Origin: Thermococcus sp. JdFR-02
GTDB taxonomy: Archaea; Methanobacteriota_B; Thermococci; Thermococcales; Thermococcaceae
Direction of reading: 5' to 3'
Length of the DNA stretch: 64,000 nucleotides
Assembly (NCBI GenBank): GCA_002009975.1
Contig: MTLP01000012.1
Coordinates: forward strand, 161,698 to 225,697
Shown here: positions 38,518 to 50,028 of the stretch, one piece after another
How the letters are laid out: every line of letters begins with the position of its first letter
Position numbering within the stretch: position 1 is the stretch's first letter
Notes under the pieces: generated by a model
Told to the model about the DNA's origin: nothing
The model's database searches: none
What the model saw: only the letters and a program-made list of their open reading frames with translations
Program-made: the position numbers and the translations under genes

Positions 38518-39135
38518 GTGGACTTCCTCAAACTCTACTATGATGAAGCCCTCAAAGTGTTTTATGAAGCTGGAGGAAGCAAGGAAGAGTTTTACTGGCT
38601 CATCAGCAGCATGTTAGTTAGATATCCAGCACACAGAGATGAGCTCGAAGTTAGGAGAAAATTGATGGATTTGATAGTTCAAGAGGTTGATGGGAAAGTT
38701 CTTGACGCTGGCTGTGGTCTTGGGATTTTAACGTTTAGGATGGCACTTAAAGATGAAGTTGAGAAAGCCATGGGCATTGACAAGTTTGACGAGCTCATAA
38801 AATTCTGCAATCGTTTGAGAGATAAAATCACTGAGAAAGCTGAGTTTTTACATGGGGATTTCCTAGAGGTTGAGCTTAGAGAAAAATTTAACTGCATTGT
38901 CTTCCTCTACACGCTCCACGATTATGAGCCAAAGCCGTTTTTAGAGAAAGCCCTTGAAGCTTTAGAGGAGGATGGAAGAATAATTGTTGGTGATTTTGAC
39001 ATAAACGGACTTAGAGAGAAAGTTAGAGTGTTTACACGAGAAAACGGCTTGGAAATCGTTAAAGACATTACCGTTGGAAAGGCAAAGACACATGGAGACC
39101 TTTATGAGGGATTTTTAATAACTGTTGGGAGATAG
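38518..39135 (+). CDS. Class I SAM-dependent methyltransferase
   Basis: VLDAGCGLG, GID, GDF. Confidence 0.88.
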   Translation: MDFLKLYYDEALKVFYEAGGSKEEFYWLISSMLVRYPAHRDELEVRRKLMDLIVQEVDGKVLDAGCGLGILTFRMALKDEVEKAMGIDKFDELIKFCNRLRDKITEKAEFLHGDFLEVELREKFNCIVFLYTLHDYEPKPFLEKALEALEEDGRIIVGDFDINGLREKVRVFTRENGLEIVKDITVGKAKTHGDLYEGFLITVGR

Positions 39136-39147
39136 TATAATGTAATC

Positions 39148-40278
39148 TTAGAGATTTTGGCGTCGTTTTAGATCCAACAGCATCGTTGAGGCAACACTAT
39201 TCACAACAGCCTTAAAAACAAATGGCGCCTTAGCTCCAAATCCAAGCAAAAATCCTCCAAAAGAGGGTGCAGGGATTGAGATCAATGTCGAAAAGCTTGT
39301 AATTATCCCGAAAGCTGTTGCTTTGTTCTCTTTGTATAGTTCTTCAATCAAGAGCGGAAGAGCGGCAACGCTTACCATTCTAAAGGCTTTCCATGTAAGG
39401 TAAGCCAAAGCTAAAATTACATAACTCCTTCCAAAACCAAACACTAGAAGGGCTGAAGAAACTACAAACCAGCTCCAGATGAGAGCTTTAAGTGGCGAGA
39501 GCTTATCAACAAAAACACCAGCAAAAGTTCCTCCTATTGCAATGATTAAAGTTTGAAGGGAGATCAAAAAACCGTAATCTAAGATGCTATAACCCTTATC
39601 CCTTAGATAGATTGGAACTATCCAGAGAACTGCTTCCCTTGAAAAGCTGTCTAAAGCAAAAGTAAACATTAAAAATAGTATCGGAAATCTAAAAGCTTTA
39701 ATTTTTGGCAAAATAGGTGGCTTTGTAATTTTCATTGCTCTTTCATCTTTAATAAAGACCAAAAGCAAAAGGGAAATTGTCAATCCCAAAAAGCCTAGAA
39801 GAACAGCAAAGTTGTAAAGCCCTTTCTCATAAAGCCAAGCACCTATTGGCGCCGTTACTGCTGGAGGAATTGAAGGAAGAATCCTTTGGATAAGCATGTA
39901 TGTTAAACCCTTCCTTTTTTCAGTTTGCTCAACAATAAGGAGGGATTTTGCTGGCATTCCAATTCCAGAACCAAAGCTCATAATGGGGTAAACTAAAGCT
40001 GAGAGAACAGAATTTTTGGTAAGCAATAGGAGAGGTGGAAATGTGTAGATGGAATATCCAATAAGTAGGGTTTTCTTGTAACCAAAAAGGTCGGCAATTC
40101 TCCCTCCGATTAAGTTTCCAAAGGCATTAAAGAGAAGAGCTAAGCTAAAGACAAGCCCTATCTTTGCTTTACTCATTCCCAAATCGAGAAAGAAATATTG
40201 GAGATACATAATCCAAAGAGCATTAGAGGAGACAGCAATGATATTTGAAGCCGCTATGAGCTTTAAGTTTTTGTTCAT
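39148..40278 (-). CDS. MFS transporter
   Basis: GGRIADLFGYK motif A; about 12 TM. Confidence 0.88.
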   Translation of the reverse strand: MNKNLKLIAASNIIAVSSNALWIMYLQYFFLDLGMSKAKIGLVFSLALLFNAFGNLIGGRIADLFGYKKTLLIGYSIYTFPPLLLLTKNSVLSALVYPIMSFGSGIGMPAKSLLIVEQTEKRKGLTYMLIQRILPSIPPAVTAPIGAWLYEKGLYNFAVLLGFLGLTISLLLLVFIKDERAMKITKPPILPKIKAFRFPILFLMFTFALDSFSREAVLWIVPIYLRDKGYSILDYGFLISLQTLIIAIGGTFAGVFVDKLSPLKALIWSWFVVSSALLVFGFGRSYVILALAYLTWKAFRMVSVAALPLLIEELYKENKATAFGIITSFSTLISIPAPSFGGFLLGFGAKAPFVFKAVVNSVASTMLLDLKRRQNL

Positions 40279-40449
40279 ACGTTTTACTACCTTGAGAATT
40301 TTTAAAAGACTTATCCTAAATGCACAGCAATTGACTTTTTAGTCATTCTTTATTTTCAGGGTACTTTTGCTATTGAAATCATCTCTGGCTTTGCTCTCTT
40401 TGGAAGTCTTTATATATTCGCGAAGCATAAAAGCAAGTGAGGAGAGGCT

Positions 40450-41142
40450 ATGGAACGAGATGTGAAGATAGTTATATCCTTGATTATCTTAGCTAACCTT
40501 TTAAAGCGCTCACCGTTTTACACCTTCCTCTATTTAGCGGCGATCATAATTTCCTCACGAAAGTTGTGGAAAAGCTTACCGAGACTTTATATAACGGCTT
40601 TAATAGTTGGATTCTTCGCTGAGCTCATAGGGACGCGTGTTTGCCTTCCTTTCGGCTGCTACTACTACAAAAATCTTCAACCTCAAATTTATGGTGTTGC
40701 TTTATCCGTTCCATTAACATGGGGTATTTTCGGATTTTTCTCCTATTTAACGGCTTATCAGTTCTTTAAGAAACAATCACAAAGAATTCTCTTTGCTTCA
40801 TTTTTGATGGTGATTATAGATTTAGCAGTTGATCCTATTATGACTTCATGGGACGCTTGGATTTGGGAAACTATTACAAGTCTAAACTGGTTTGGAATCC
40901 CTTGGATTAACTATTTGGGCTGGTTCTTAACTTCTTTAATATTCTTCACAATCTATGAAAGCACTTCAAAAGTAAAAATCAGTGAAGACCTTTACAAATT
41001 TGGGGCTTTAATTTATTTGCTCGAAATGGCGACATTTGTTGTTTATGCACCGAGCAAAGTTAGAATACCAACCATTTGGGCATTTTTGACCAGTTTAATA
41101 GTTTTAACACTTTCCTATATTCTACAAAGGTGGCAAAGATGA
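40450..41142 (+). CDS. CruF/DUF422-like (carotenoid hydratase family) membrane protein
   Basis: AELIG....PFG.Y.Y, D..VDP, W.W, FGIP..NY.GW. Confidence 0.75.
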   Translation: MERDVKIVISLIILANLLKRSPFYTFLYLAAIIISSRKLWKSLPRLYITALIVGFFAELIGTRVCLPFGCYYYKNLQPQIYGVALSVPLTWGIFGFFSYLTAYQFFKKQSQRILFASFLMVIIDLAVDPIMTSWDAWIWETITSLNWFGIPWINYLGWFLTSLIFFTIYESTSKVKISEDLYKFGALIYLLEMATFVVYAPSKVRIPTIWAFLTSLIVLTLSYILQRWQR

Positions 41143-41816
41143 GAGTTGCACTAATTCCAATGAAAGTGATTCCAAATGGCTTTGAGGCAAACTGGGGAGA
41201 GTTTCAACGAAGATTCAAGGAAGCGATGAAGTTTAGTTCAGATATTTTAGTCTTTCCTGAATACTGCTTAACGGGTTTTAAAGAGTGGGACTTCAGTAAA
41301 GCAAAGCTTTATGAGGAGATAGTTCAAAAGGTTGGCTCTTTAGCAAAAGAATACATGGTTCATGTTATTTTTGGGGTTTTAGAGCCTTACAAAAATTGTG
41401 TTTATAATTCTGCTTTACTTATCAATCGAGAGGGTGAGGTTATTTTAAAGCACCGCAAGTTTCAAGAGCCGATGAAATTTTGTCAAGGGAACACTTTTAA
41501 AGTTGCAAGAACGGAATTTGGGAAGATTGGGATTATTATTTGTGGTGATTTATACAATAAGAAGATTGCAAAATATGTAAGGAAGAAAAAGCCAGACTTT
41601 CTCTTTGTTCCTATGGACAGGTCTCCAAGCGGAGATTTTGATTTAGAGGAAGAAATTAAGTGCATGAGCGGGAGGGTTAAGCTCTTGGGGGTCAAAACAT
41701 TCATAGTGAACACATACAAGCATGGAGATAGCTTCGGCGGTGCTTGGGTCTTTGATGAGAAAGGAGAGCTTTTGGCACAAAGTTTTAGGGATGAATTGCT
41801 TATCTTCGAAATTTAA
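41139..41816 (+). CDS. Carbon-nitrogen hydrolase (nitrilase superfamily)
   Basis: FPE, YNSA, RK and ICGD give the E-K-C triad. Confidence 0.9.
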   Translation: MRVALIPMKVIPNGFEANWGEFQRRFKEAMKFSSDILVFPEYCLTGFKEWDFSKAKLYEEIVQKVGSLAKEYMVHVIFGVLEPYKNCVYNSALLINREGEVILKHRKFQEPMKFCQGNTFKVARTEFGKIGIIICGDLYNKKIAKYVRKKKPDFLFVPMDRSPSGDFDLEEEIKCMSGRVKLLGVKTFIVNTYKHGDSFGGAWVFDEKGELLAQSFRDELLIFEI

Positions 41817-41828
41817 AAAGAAGAGAAG

Positions 41829-42938
41829 TCAAATCGACTTTATTGAGTATAAAAAGAGCAGGAGGAATGCAAGGGCTGAAAGATAGGCAAAGGAATGGTG
41901 TATGTTAAGATGAAGCTTTGAGTGATATCTTCTCATTTTTATGTACATAAGCGTGGGTAGAACTCCCGCATAAATGACTCCGCCGAAAGTTCCTGCTAGC
42001 CAAAGGGCATTCACAAAGCTGTTTAATCCTAAAAAGTAAATCAAGAGCGGAGGTGCAACGGTTAGAAGCCAGGCTTTTCTTTTGCTAATTCCAACGTAAT
42101 CTCTCCAATTGTCCATCTGTGCTAAACCAATTCCAATATAGCTTGTTATTATTGCCAGCAATGGGAGCAGAGTTCCAACTATTAGTCCCAATCTTCCATA
42201 GAACTCAACTAATCCTTGAGTTGCCAGCTCTGGGGTGTTCAGACCAAAAACTGCTACAAATGAGAACGCAAAAATACTGTATGCCATCATTGGAATTATA
42301 TAACCTATAAGGACAGCTTTTGATGTTGTTTTGACATCATTTAAGCCTCTCAGCATCTCCGGAACTACCATATGGCTCACATAAGCAAAGATAGAGACGC
42401 CAATGGCTTTTGAAATTCCAGAGATGTTAAGATAGCCAATATTTTCACTTTTTAGATGTGGAAAAATTAAAGCAATGACGATAATTAAAGCGCCCATGAG
42501 GAAGAAGTTTAAAAATAGCTCCGCCTTTCCAGAAACCTTTAATCCTTGAAGGATTATAAAACTTGCAATGATCCAAAAGAGAATCGAGCCAATGCTTTTA
42601 TTAATTCCAAATAGAGAGTTTAAAGCCTCTCCACTTCCAGAGATATAGGCTATTAATGCTCCGTAACTTAAAGTTGAGATGCTCAAAAACATTAAAACTC
42701 CACCTGTTTTTCCCAAATAAATCTCTGCAAGCTTCGATAACTGTTTTCCCTGATTTTGAGCAGCAATTTCAAGCACAAATAAAGCAGTTATTAAAGTTAA
42801 GATTCCTGTGATTATTATAGCAAAAACTCCAAGTATTGGTCCAGCTTCTTTTATTGCATAAGGCAAACCTAAAATTCCAGCACCTATTTGAGTCCCGATA
42901 AGAACTGCACTTGCTTCAGCTAGGCTTAACCTCTTCAT
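41829..42938 (-). CDS. Aromatic amino acid (HAAAP-like) permease
   Basis: GTQIGAGILGLPY, YGALIAY, TSYIG. Confidence 0.82.
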   Translation of the reverse strand: MKRLSLAEASAVLIGTQIGAGILGLPYAIKEAGPILGVFAIIITGILTLITALFVLEIAAQNQGKQLSKLAEIYLGKTGGVLMFLSISTLSYGALIAYISGSGEALNSLFGINKSIGSILFWIIASFIILQGLKVSGKAELFLNFFLMGALIIVIALIFPHLKSENIGYLNISGISKAIGVSIFAYVSHMVVPEMLRGLNDVKTTSKAVLIGYIIPMMAYSIFAFSFVAVFGLNTPELATQGLVEFYGRLGLIVGTLLPLLAIITSYIGIGLAQMDNWRDYVGISKRKAWLLTVAPPLLIYFLGLNSFVNALWLAGTFGGVIYAGVLPTLMYIKMRRYHSKLHLNIHHSFAYLSALAFLLLFLYSIKSI

Positions 42939-43109
42939 TTTATCACCGATTCTTGAAGCTTTTTTCAGTGATTTAAGCTTTACTTTTGTAAAGATTGGGC
43001 TTTAATGTCTAAAAACAATGCATTGATGTATTCATGAATGTATTCATTGTTCTATTTGTAGAACAAATTTTTATAAATTATGGAACAAATTTTTGGGGTG
43101 GTGGTAAAG

Positions 43110-43697
43110 ATGAAGGCAAGGGAAGTTGCTTTAATCGGACTGTTGCTTTCACTTTCTCTGGTTTTGCAAATATCTCCTTTAAAAGTTCCGACACAGTGGG
43201 GAATGAGCATCGACTTAGTTGCAATTCCAATAGTGATAATCTATCTTATCTTGGGCTTTTGGGGTTCTTTAATAGCTTTAATCTTGCTCTTTGTTGGACT
43301 AAGCATTGTTGCAAGTTCATCTTGGCTTGGGGCAAGCATGAAGTTCTTTGCAACTTTAAGTGTCTTGTTAGGCTTGGAAATTGCAAAAAGGGTCACAAAA
43401 TTTGATATAACCAAGCATACAGAAAAAGAATTGATAGTTTTTATACTTTTGGCTTACATTGTAGGTATTGCCATTAGAGTTCCTTTAATGACAGCAATGA
43501 ACTATTACTACGCTCTACCAATTTGGCTTGGCATACCAAGGGAGCAAGTTATTCCAAAAATTGAAGAATGGTTTCATATGCCCTTTTGGTTAGTAATTGG
43601 AATTCCAAATGCAATTCAAAGTGCAGTTGACGTTGTTGGTGGAGTTTTAATTAGCCTGCCAGTTTTAAAGGCGTTACCTCACATTTTCAAGTCTTAA
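43110..43697 (+). CDS. ECF transporter S-component
   Basis: About 195 aa, 5-6 TM, WGMSIDLVAIP. Confidence 0.7.
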   Translation: MKAREVALIGLLLSLSLVLQISPLKVPTQWGMSIDLVAIPIVIIYLILGFWGSLIALILLFVGLSIVASSSWLGASMKFFATLSVLLGLEIAKRVTKFDITKHTEKELIVFILLAYIVGIAIRVPLMTAMNYYYALPIWLGIPREQVIPKIEEWFHMPFWLVIGIPNAIQSAVDVVGGVLISLPVLKALPHIFKS

Positions 43698-43713
43698 TTC
43701 TGCTTTATTCATT

Positions 43714-45288
43714 TTAGCTAATTTTTTCTGGCCTTAAGCCTCTGTCAATTAAATATTGATTCCATTTTTTAGCATATTCTAAGAAATATTCATCTCCAGT
43801 TTTTTCATAGAGCCATTTTAAAAGCTGGATGTGTAATCTATGATAACCTTCACTTGCTTTTCCATGAATGTTTGAATATTTGCTCCAATCTCCAGTATCA
43901 AAGATTGGTAAAGCTTTTTTAGTGCTCTCGACGCCATCTTGGAACAAATTCCAAGCATATTTATCTCCTGTTACTTCCCAATAATAGTAGATGCCCTGTA
44001 GAGCTATTATATGACCATTCAAAACAAGTTCGTTTGGATTGTAGTTATATTCGAGATACCAAGAACCGTACTTTGTTTTTGAAACAAAGCCGTTGTTGTC
44101 TAATGGAAGTTTAAAAGAATTTATTAAGAGTTTTGCTATCTCCAAGTAGGTTTTGTTTCCAGTTATCTGGTATGCTTTTGCATAAAGTCCAGCCCCCATT
44201 CCTTGAGCATAACCAGAAACCCATGGGATTGAGGAGTTCTCAAAATGAAAATAATTCAAAAACAAAGCATATTTTGTTCCGTTGAAGTCTCCATAGTGGA
44301 TGTACTCTTTTAGCTCATCAAGAATTTGAAGTGCTTTTCTATTTTTACCTCTTTGGAAATAAAGCTCTGCCCAGTGTATGCTTGTGACTGGATATAAATT
44401 AAATCCTCTTCCCTTATAATAAATAAAGGGCAGCTCGCTCTTAAACTCGTCATCTATTAAAAAGGTCGAATAATAAGGAGAACTCTCTGAGAAAAGTATT
44501 GGATAGAAGTCTTTCTTTGGAGATGTATAGTAGGAGTAGTAAGCGTTGTTAGCCTTTAAAGTCATGAGTAAAGCTTTAAAGTCGGTTTCATCTAGATCTT
44601 TCCATCTTCCAAGCTCTGCAAAGGCTCTCACAATGTAAAAAGAGTCTCTATAGGACTGTAAGTAATCATAGTTGCCGGTATCTTTGTACTCTTTTAGGAG
44701 CTTTACTCTAACTTCGTGATTTTTAGCCAACTCCCTCTCAAGAGCTTTATACATGCTATCACTTACTCTCATTGCTCTAAGTAAGAGGACAACTTCATTA
44801 TCTAAAAAAACAGCATTTGGAACGTCCTTTCCAACCACACCGGATTTCTCACTTATTTTAATCCTAAAGCTTTCTTCTTCTTTGTATATCTCAAGGTTTA
44901 TCAGCAATTTATCACCTTCTACATCAAAGCTTTTAAACAGGAACTCCCTGACCTTTATTTTCCTGTCATATTGGTTAACTATTTCACCTTCAATAGCAAA
45001 ACTGATGCTCTTCTTTCCACTTTGAACATTTTTAATTTCGCCAATTTTTATGGGTATCCCAAATTCTTCTATCGTTTGGTTGATGACTTCTACTTCGTTT
45101 TCCCCTAATTTTAGCTCGGCGATTCTAAACTTCAACTCTTTAATCTCAAAAATCGCATTTTTTTCCTCGATTCTAAAATAGATTTCAAGTGATGCGACTT
45201 TTTGAGAATTGAGTTGATTAGAGTGGGACACACACCCGGAGAAGATAACAACGATTGTTAAAATACTAATTATCTTTACCCATTTCAT
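43714..45288 (-). CDS. Lipoprotein with D-glucuronyl C5-epimerase C-terminal-like domain
   Basis: Lipobox FSGC; WVSGYAQG, WY.EY, VLNGHI, FDTG.WS.Y, YH.LHI.LL. Confidence 0.8.
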   Translation of the reverse strand: MKWVKIISILTIVVIFSGCVSHSNQLNSQKVASLEIYFRIEEKNAIFEIKELKFRIAELKLGENEVEVINQTIEEFGIPIKIGEIKNVQSGKKSISFAIEGEIVNQYDRKIKVREFLFKSFDVEGDKLLINLEIYKEEESFRIKISEKSGVVGKDVPNAVFLDNEVVLLLRAMRVSDSMYKALERELAKNHEVRVKLLKEYKDTGNYDYLQSYRDSFYIVRAFAELGRWKDLDETDFKALLMTLKANNAYYSYYTSPKKDFYPILFSESSPYYSTFLIDDEFKSELPFIYYKGRGFNLYPVTSIHWAELYFQRGKNRKALQILDELKEYIHYGDFNGTKYALFLNYFHFENSSIPWVSGYAQGMGAGLYAKAYQITGNKTYLEIAKLLINSFKLPLDNNGFVSKTKYGSWYLEYNYNPNELVLNGHIIALQGIYYYWEVTGDKYAWNLFQDGVESTKKALPIFDTGDWSKYSNIHGKASEGYHRLHIQLLKWLYEKTGDEYFLEYAKKWNQYLIDRGLRPEKIS

Positions 45289-45332
45289 ACTACTCCCCAT
45301 AGAAAAATTGGAGAAGAGAATATAAACTTTTC

Positions 45333-46744
<1,412 letters not shown>

Positions 46745-46773
46745 TTAAGTCTTTTTTAACAAAAATATGTTGA

Positions 46774-47526
46774 TCATCCAAATAGGCTGTCGAGTAGCAT
46801 CATAACTATGAATCCCCAGATTAGACCGAAGGTTGCCCTTCTCTCATGACCATGCATATGGCTCTCTGGAATAATCTCTTCACTTATAACGAATATCATA
46901 GCCCCAGCAGCAAAGGCTAAGCCATAGGGTAAAATATTCTTCGATGTAGTGGTTAATAATAGCCCGATTATCCCAGCAATAGGCTCAACTAATCCTGTTA
47001 ATGTTGCATAAGCAAAAGCTCTTCTTTTTGAGTAGCCTTGAATTAGTAAGGGTAAAGCAACTGCAAGACCCTCTGGCATGTTTTGAAGCCCAATGCCAAT
47101 TGCCAATGCCATTGCTTTTCCTATTTGTTCGCTTCCAAAGGCTATACCTACGCTTAATCCCTCTGGAAGGTTGTGAATTGTAACTGCTAAAATGAAAAGC
47201 CAAATCTTTCTTAATGCTTTCTTTTTCTCTATTGGACCTTCATAACCTTTAATAAAATGTATATGTGGGGTAAATTTCTCAACTAACTCGAATATGTAAG
47301 CACCAGCCAGAAATCCAATTAGTGTAGCCCAAATTCCTCCTATCTCTATTCCGGGTAGCAGTAAACTAAAAAAACTCGCAGCAAGCATTATTCCAGCTGA
47401 AAACCCCATAGACACATCTATTGTTTTTTGAGAAACTCTTTTAACGATGAATATTGGCAGTGCACCTACTCCAGTAGCTAATCCAGCACCCAAACTTGCT
47501 ATTATTCCAATTGCAATAATGTCCAT
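46774..47526 (-). CDS. ZIP (ZupT/GufA) metal transporter
   Basis: HNLPEG, QNMPEG, VEP, EIIPESH. Confidence 0.9.
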   Translation of the reverse strand: MDIIAIGIIASLGAGLATGVGALPIFIVKRVSQKTIDVSMGFSAGIMLAASFFSLLLPGIEIGGIWATLIGFLAGAYIFELVEKFTPHIHFIKGYEGPIEKKKALRKIWLFILAVTIHNLPEGLSVGIAFGSEQIGKAMALAIGIGLQNMPEGLAVALPLLIQGYSKRRAFAYATLTGLVEPIAGIIGLLLTTTSKNILPYGLAFAAGAMIFVISEEIIPESHMHGHERRATFGLIWGFIVMMLLDSLFG

Positions 47527-47617
47527 TTTAGATTCCCCTAAAAATTTTAGATTAATATTATAAAAGACTTGCGCTAAATTTATAACCAAGTTTTAAGACT
47601 TTATAAAGGGGATTGAA

Positions 47618-48535
47618 ATGAAGACACCATGCGTATTTTGGGTTGAGGAGATACTTCCAGCATTGCGAGCAAAAGTTGCGAAGTATCTCTATGAAAGCGG
47701 TTTTACACAAGTTAAGATTTCTGAGTATTTAGGAATAACTCAAGCCATGGTTAGTAAATATTTGAGCGGAAAGTACAAATCCCTTGATAAAGAACTTGAA
47801 GAAAAAATTGATGAAATAGCTAAAGAAATTGCGAGAATGATAACATATGGAGCCAGCACAGAGGAGATTATAAAGGCTACATATAGAAAATTCTTCGAGC
47901 TATTCGAGAGCGGATTTTTGTGCAAGTATTATATCAAGTATGCTGGTTTAAAAGACGAGAGTGTTTGCTATGAGATATTTAAGCTTGCCCAGCAGACATC
48001 AAAAAGCGAGGTTCTTGAAAATTTAAATCTGGCTTTAAGCGAACTTTTAAAAGATGAAAGATTCTTAGAGCTAATTCCTGAAATAAGGAGCAATATTGCC
48101 TACTCTTTGCCAAATCCAAGAGATATAGGTGATGTTGCAGCTATTCCCGGAAGGATCACTAAGGTCAAAGGAAAAGCTTTTGCTTTACCTCCAGAGTTTG
48201 GAGTTAGCCAGCACATAGCAAAGATTTTGGTAGGGCTTTCTAAGTTTGCTCCAGAAGTTAGGAGTGTTATCAATATAAAGTTTGATGAAAGTATCGAAAA
48301 GGCTTTGAGAGAGGCTAACTTTCTTGTAGAGGAGATAAAGGAGAAGGAGAGGGATGAGGAAAAGACTGTAGAGATTATAGTTGAAAAGTTTGCCAAATTC
48401 TATGAAAAAGAGGGAAAACCATTAGATGCTGTAGTTGATAGGGGAGCGTTCGGTATAGAACCATGTGTCTACATCTTTGGTAAGAACCCCTTGGAAGTTG
48501 TTGAAAAAATTAAAAAGCTGGAGAGCTATTTATGA
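47618..48535 (+). CDS. HTH + ThiN-domain protein (ThiR-like regulator)
   Basis: N-terminal HTH (TQ..I...LGITQAMVSKYL); LIPEIRSN, PGRI, PEFG.S.H, GIEP. Confidence 0.82.
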   Translation: MKTPCVFWVEEILPALRAKVAKYLYESGFTQVKISEYLGITQAMVSKYLSGKYKSLDKELEEKIDEIAKEIARMITYGASTEEIIKATYRKFFELFESGFLCKYYIKYAGLKDESVCYEIFKLAQQTSKSEVLENLNLALSELLKDERFLELIPEIRSNIAYSLPNPRDIGDVAAIPGRITKVKGKAFALPPEFGVSQHIAKILVGLSKFAPEVRSVINIKFDESIEKALREANFLVEEIKEKERDEEKTVEIIVEKFAKFYEKEGKPLDAVVDRGAFGIEPCVYIFGKNPLEVVEKIKKLESYL

Positions 48536-48840
48536 GCAGAAAACTGAAAGAGAGAGCATTGTTTCTTTATATTTTGTTTTTGTTTTATTTGAATTTAACT
48601 CCAGTGATTCCATCTGCTCCGGTGTCTAATGGTGATAAGATAGCCCATTTCGCAGAATTCTACATATTGAGCTTTTTAGGAAGGGAAAAAGTTAGATACT
48701 TGGTTATTTTGCCAATTTTACTTGAATTTCTTCAGCTTTTTATTCCTGGGAGAAACTTTTCAATCTTTGATATGTTAGCAAACTTAATAGGATTTAGCGC
48801 TGGAATACTGGTTTGGAGGTGGCTCTATGAAGGTAGTTAG
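48532..48840 (+). CDS. VanZ family membrane protein
   Basis: DKIAHF, E.LQLFIPGR..S..D..AN..G. Confidence 0.85.
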   Translation: MSRKLKERALFLYILFLFYLNLTPVIPSAPVSNGDKIAHFAEFYILSFLGREKVRYLVILPILLEFLQLFIPGRNFSIFDMLANLIGFSAGILVWRWLYEGS

Positions 48841-49240
48841 CAAAGAGCTTTACCTTAGCACTGGTGGAGAAATAGACCTAGTTGACATTACATACGAGGT
48901 TGAGAGTGTTGTTAGAGAAAGTGGAATAAAAGACGGTCAAGTCTTAGTTTTTGTTCCAGGAGCAACTGGGGCTGTTGTAACGATAGAAAATGAAAGGGGT
49001 CTTTTAGAGGACTTTAAGAAAATGATTGCAAAGCTAATTCCAAGAGGACAGAACTATAGGCATGATTTAATTGATAATAACGCTCATTCTCATTTAAGAG
49101 CAAGCCTTTTGGGACCATCCTTGGTTTTTCCAGTGGTTAATGGAAGACTCGTGAGGGGAACATGGCAGCAGATTTTCTTTGTTGAACTTGACGTTAGACC
49201 AAGAAGGAGAAGAATAATTGTGCAGGTAAGCGGTGTATAG
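48827..49240 (+). CDS. YjbQ/UPF0047 family protein
   Basis: DIT, GATGA...E, H...NAHSH, GTWQ. Confidence 0.9.
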   Translation: MKVVSKELYLSTGGEIDLVDITYEVESVVRESGIKDGQVLVFVPGATGAVVTIENERGLLEDFKKMIAKLIPRGQNYRHDLIDNNAHSHLRASLLGPSLVFPVVNGRLVRGTWQQIFFVELDVRPRRRRIIVQVSGV

Positions 49241-49244
49241 AGAA

Positions 49245-49877
49245 TCAAAGCTTTATTTTTATTCCATCCAGCTCTTTGCTTATGGACTTTAAGATTGAAA
49301 GATTGTAATGTTTTCCTTCTTTTACCACCCTAATTACTGTGGTTGCAAGCTCTTCAATGAGAGGTAGCACGTAGGGTTTGCTCTTGCCTAAGACATCTAT
49401 GTTGATAAAATAGATGGCTATCCTCTCTTTATGTCCAACCCACGAAAGGATGGTATTTGCGGTAGCAAGGGTTTCTCTCTTAGTCTCAGCAATTGTAAAA
49501 ATTTTTTCTATTCCCAAAACTGGATTAATTACAACTCTCTCCTTTTCTTTAAAATATGGTTCTGCTATCTCTTTATATTGTCTTTCTTGAACTGTTGCTT
49601 CTTTTACTTCAATACGACCAAGAATATTGCCAACTTCCAACCTTCCTCCTATTTTTATGACATCAACATTCTCCAGAATACTAACATCCAAATCAGCTAG
49701 CTCCATTTGTGTTTTATACAAATATAATGTGTCCAAAAAGTCGTCTACAAGTACTGGATATCCCTTTTCCTTTGCCCATCTTATTATGTGGTAAACTCCC
49801 AAATACGGGACTCCATGTGAGTCATATTCAACCAGCACAGTTTCTCCAGCTTTAATATTATTCCAAATGTGAGACAT
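49245..49877 (-). CDS. DUF257 family protein
   Basis: GETVLVEY, DD.LD, VIKIGG, NPVLG.EK, EELATTVI; start uncertain. Confidence 0.8.
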   Translation of the reverse strand: MSHIWNNIKAGETVLVEYDSHGVPYLGVYHIIRWAKEKGYPVLVDDFLDTLYLYKTQMELADLDVSILENVDVIKIGGRLEVGNILGRIEVKEATVQERQYKEIAEPYFKEKERVVINPVLGIEKIFTIAETKRETLATANTILSWVGHKERIAIYFINIDVLGKSKPYVLPLIEELATTVIRVVKEGKHYNLSILKSISKELDGIKIKL

Positions 49878-50028
49878 TATCGAGTTACTGCATATCATTA
49901 TAAATCTCCTCTGCATAACTATCAATTATTCGCTTTTAAGATTTTTGATAATTGTACTTTAGTGAACTCTTATTATCATGAATGCATGTAATTTAGGAAC
50001 CTTGTTGATATTTTATCATTGAGTTTTC

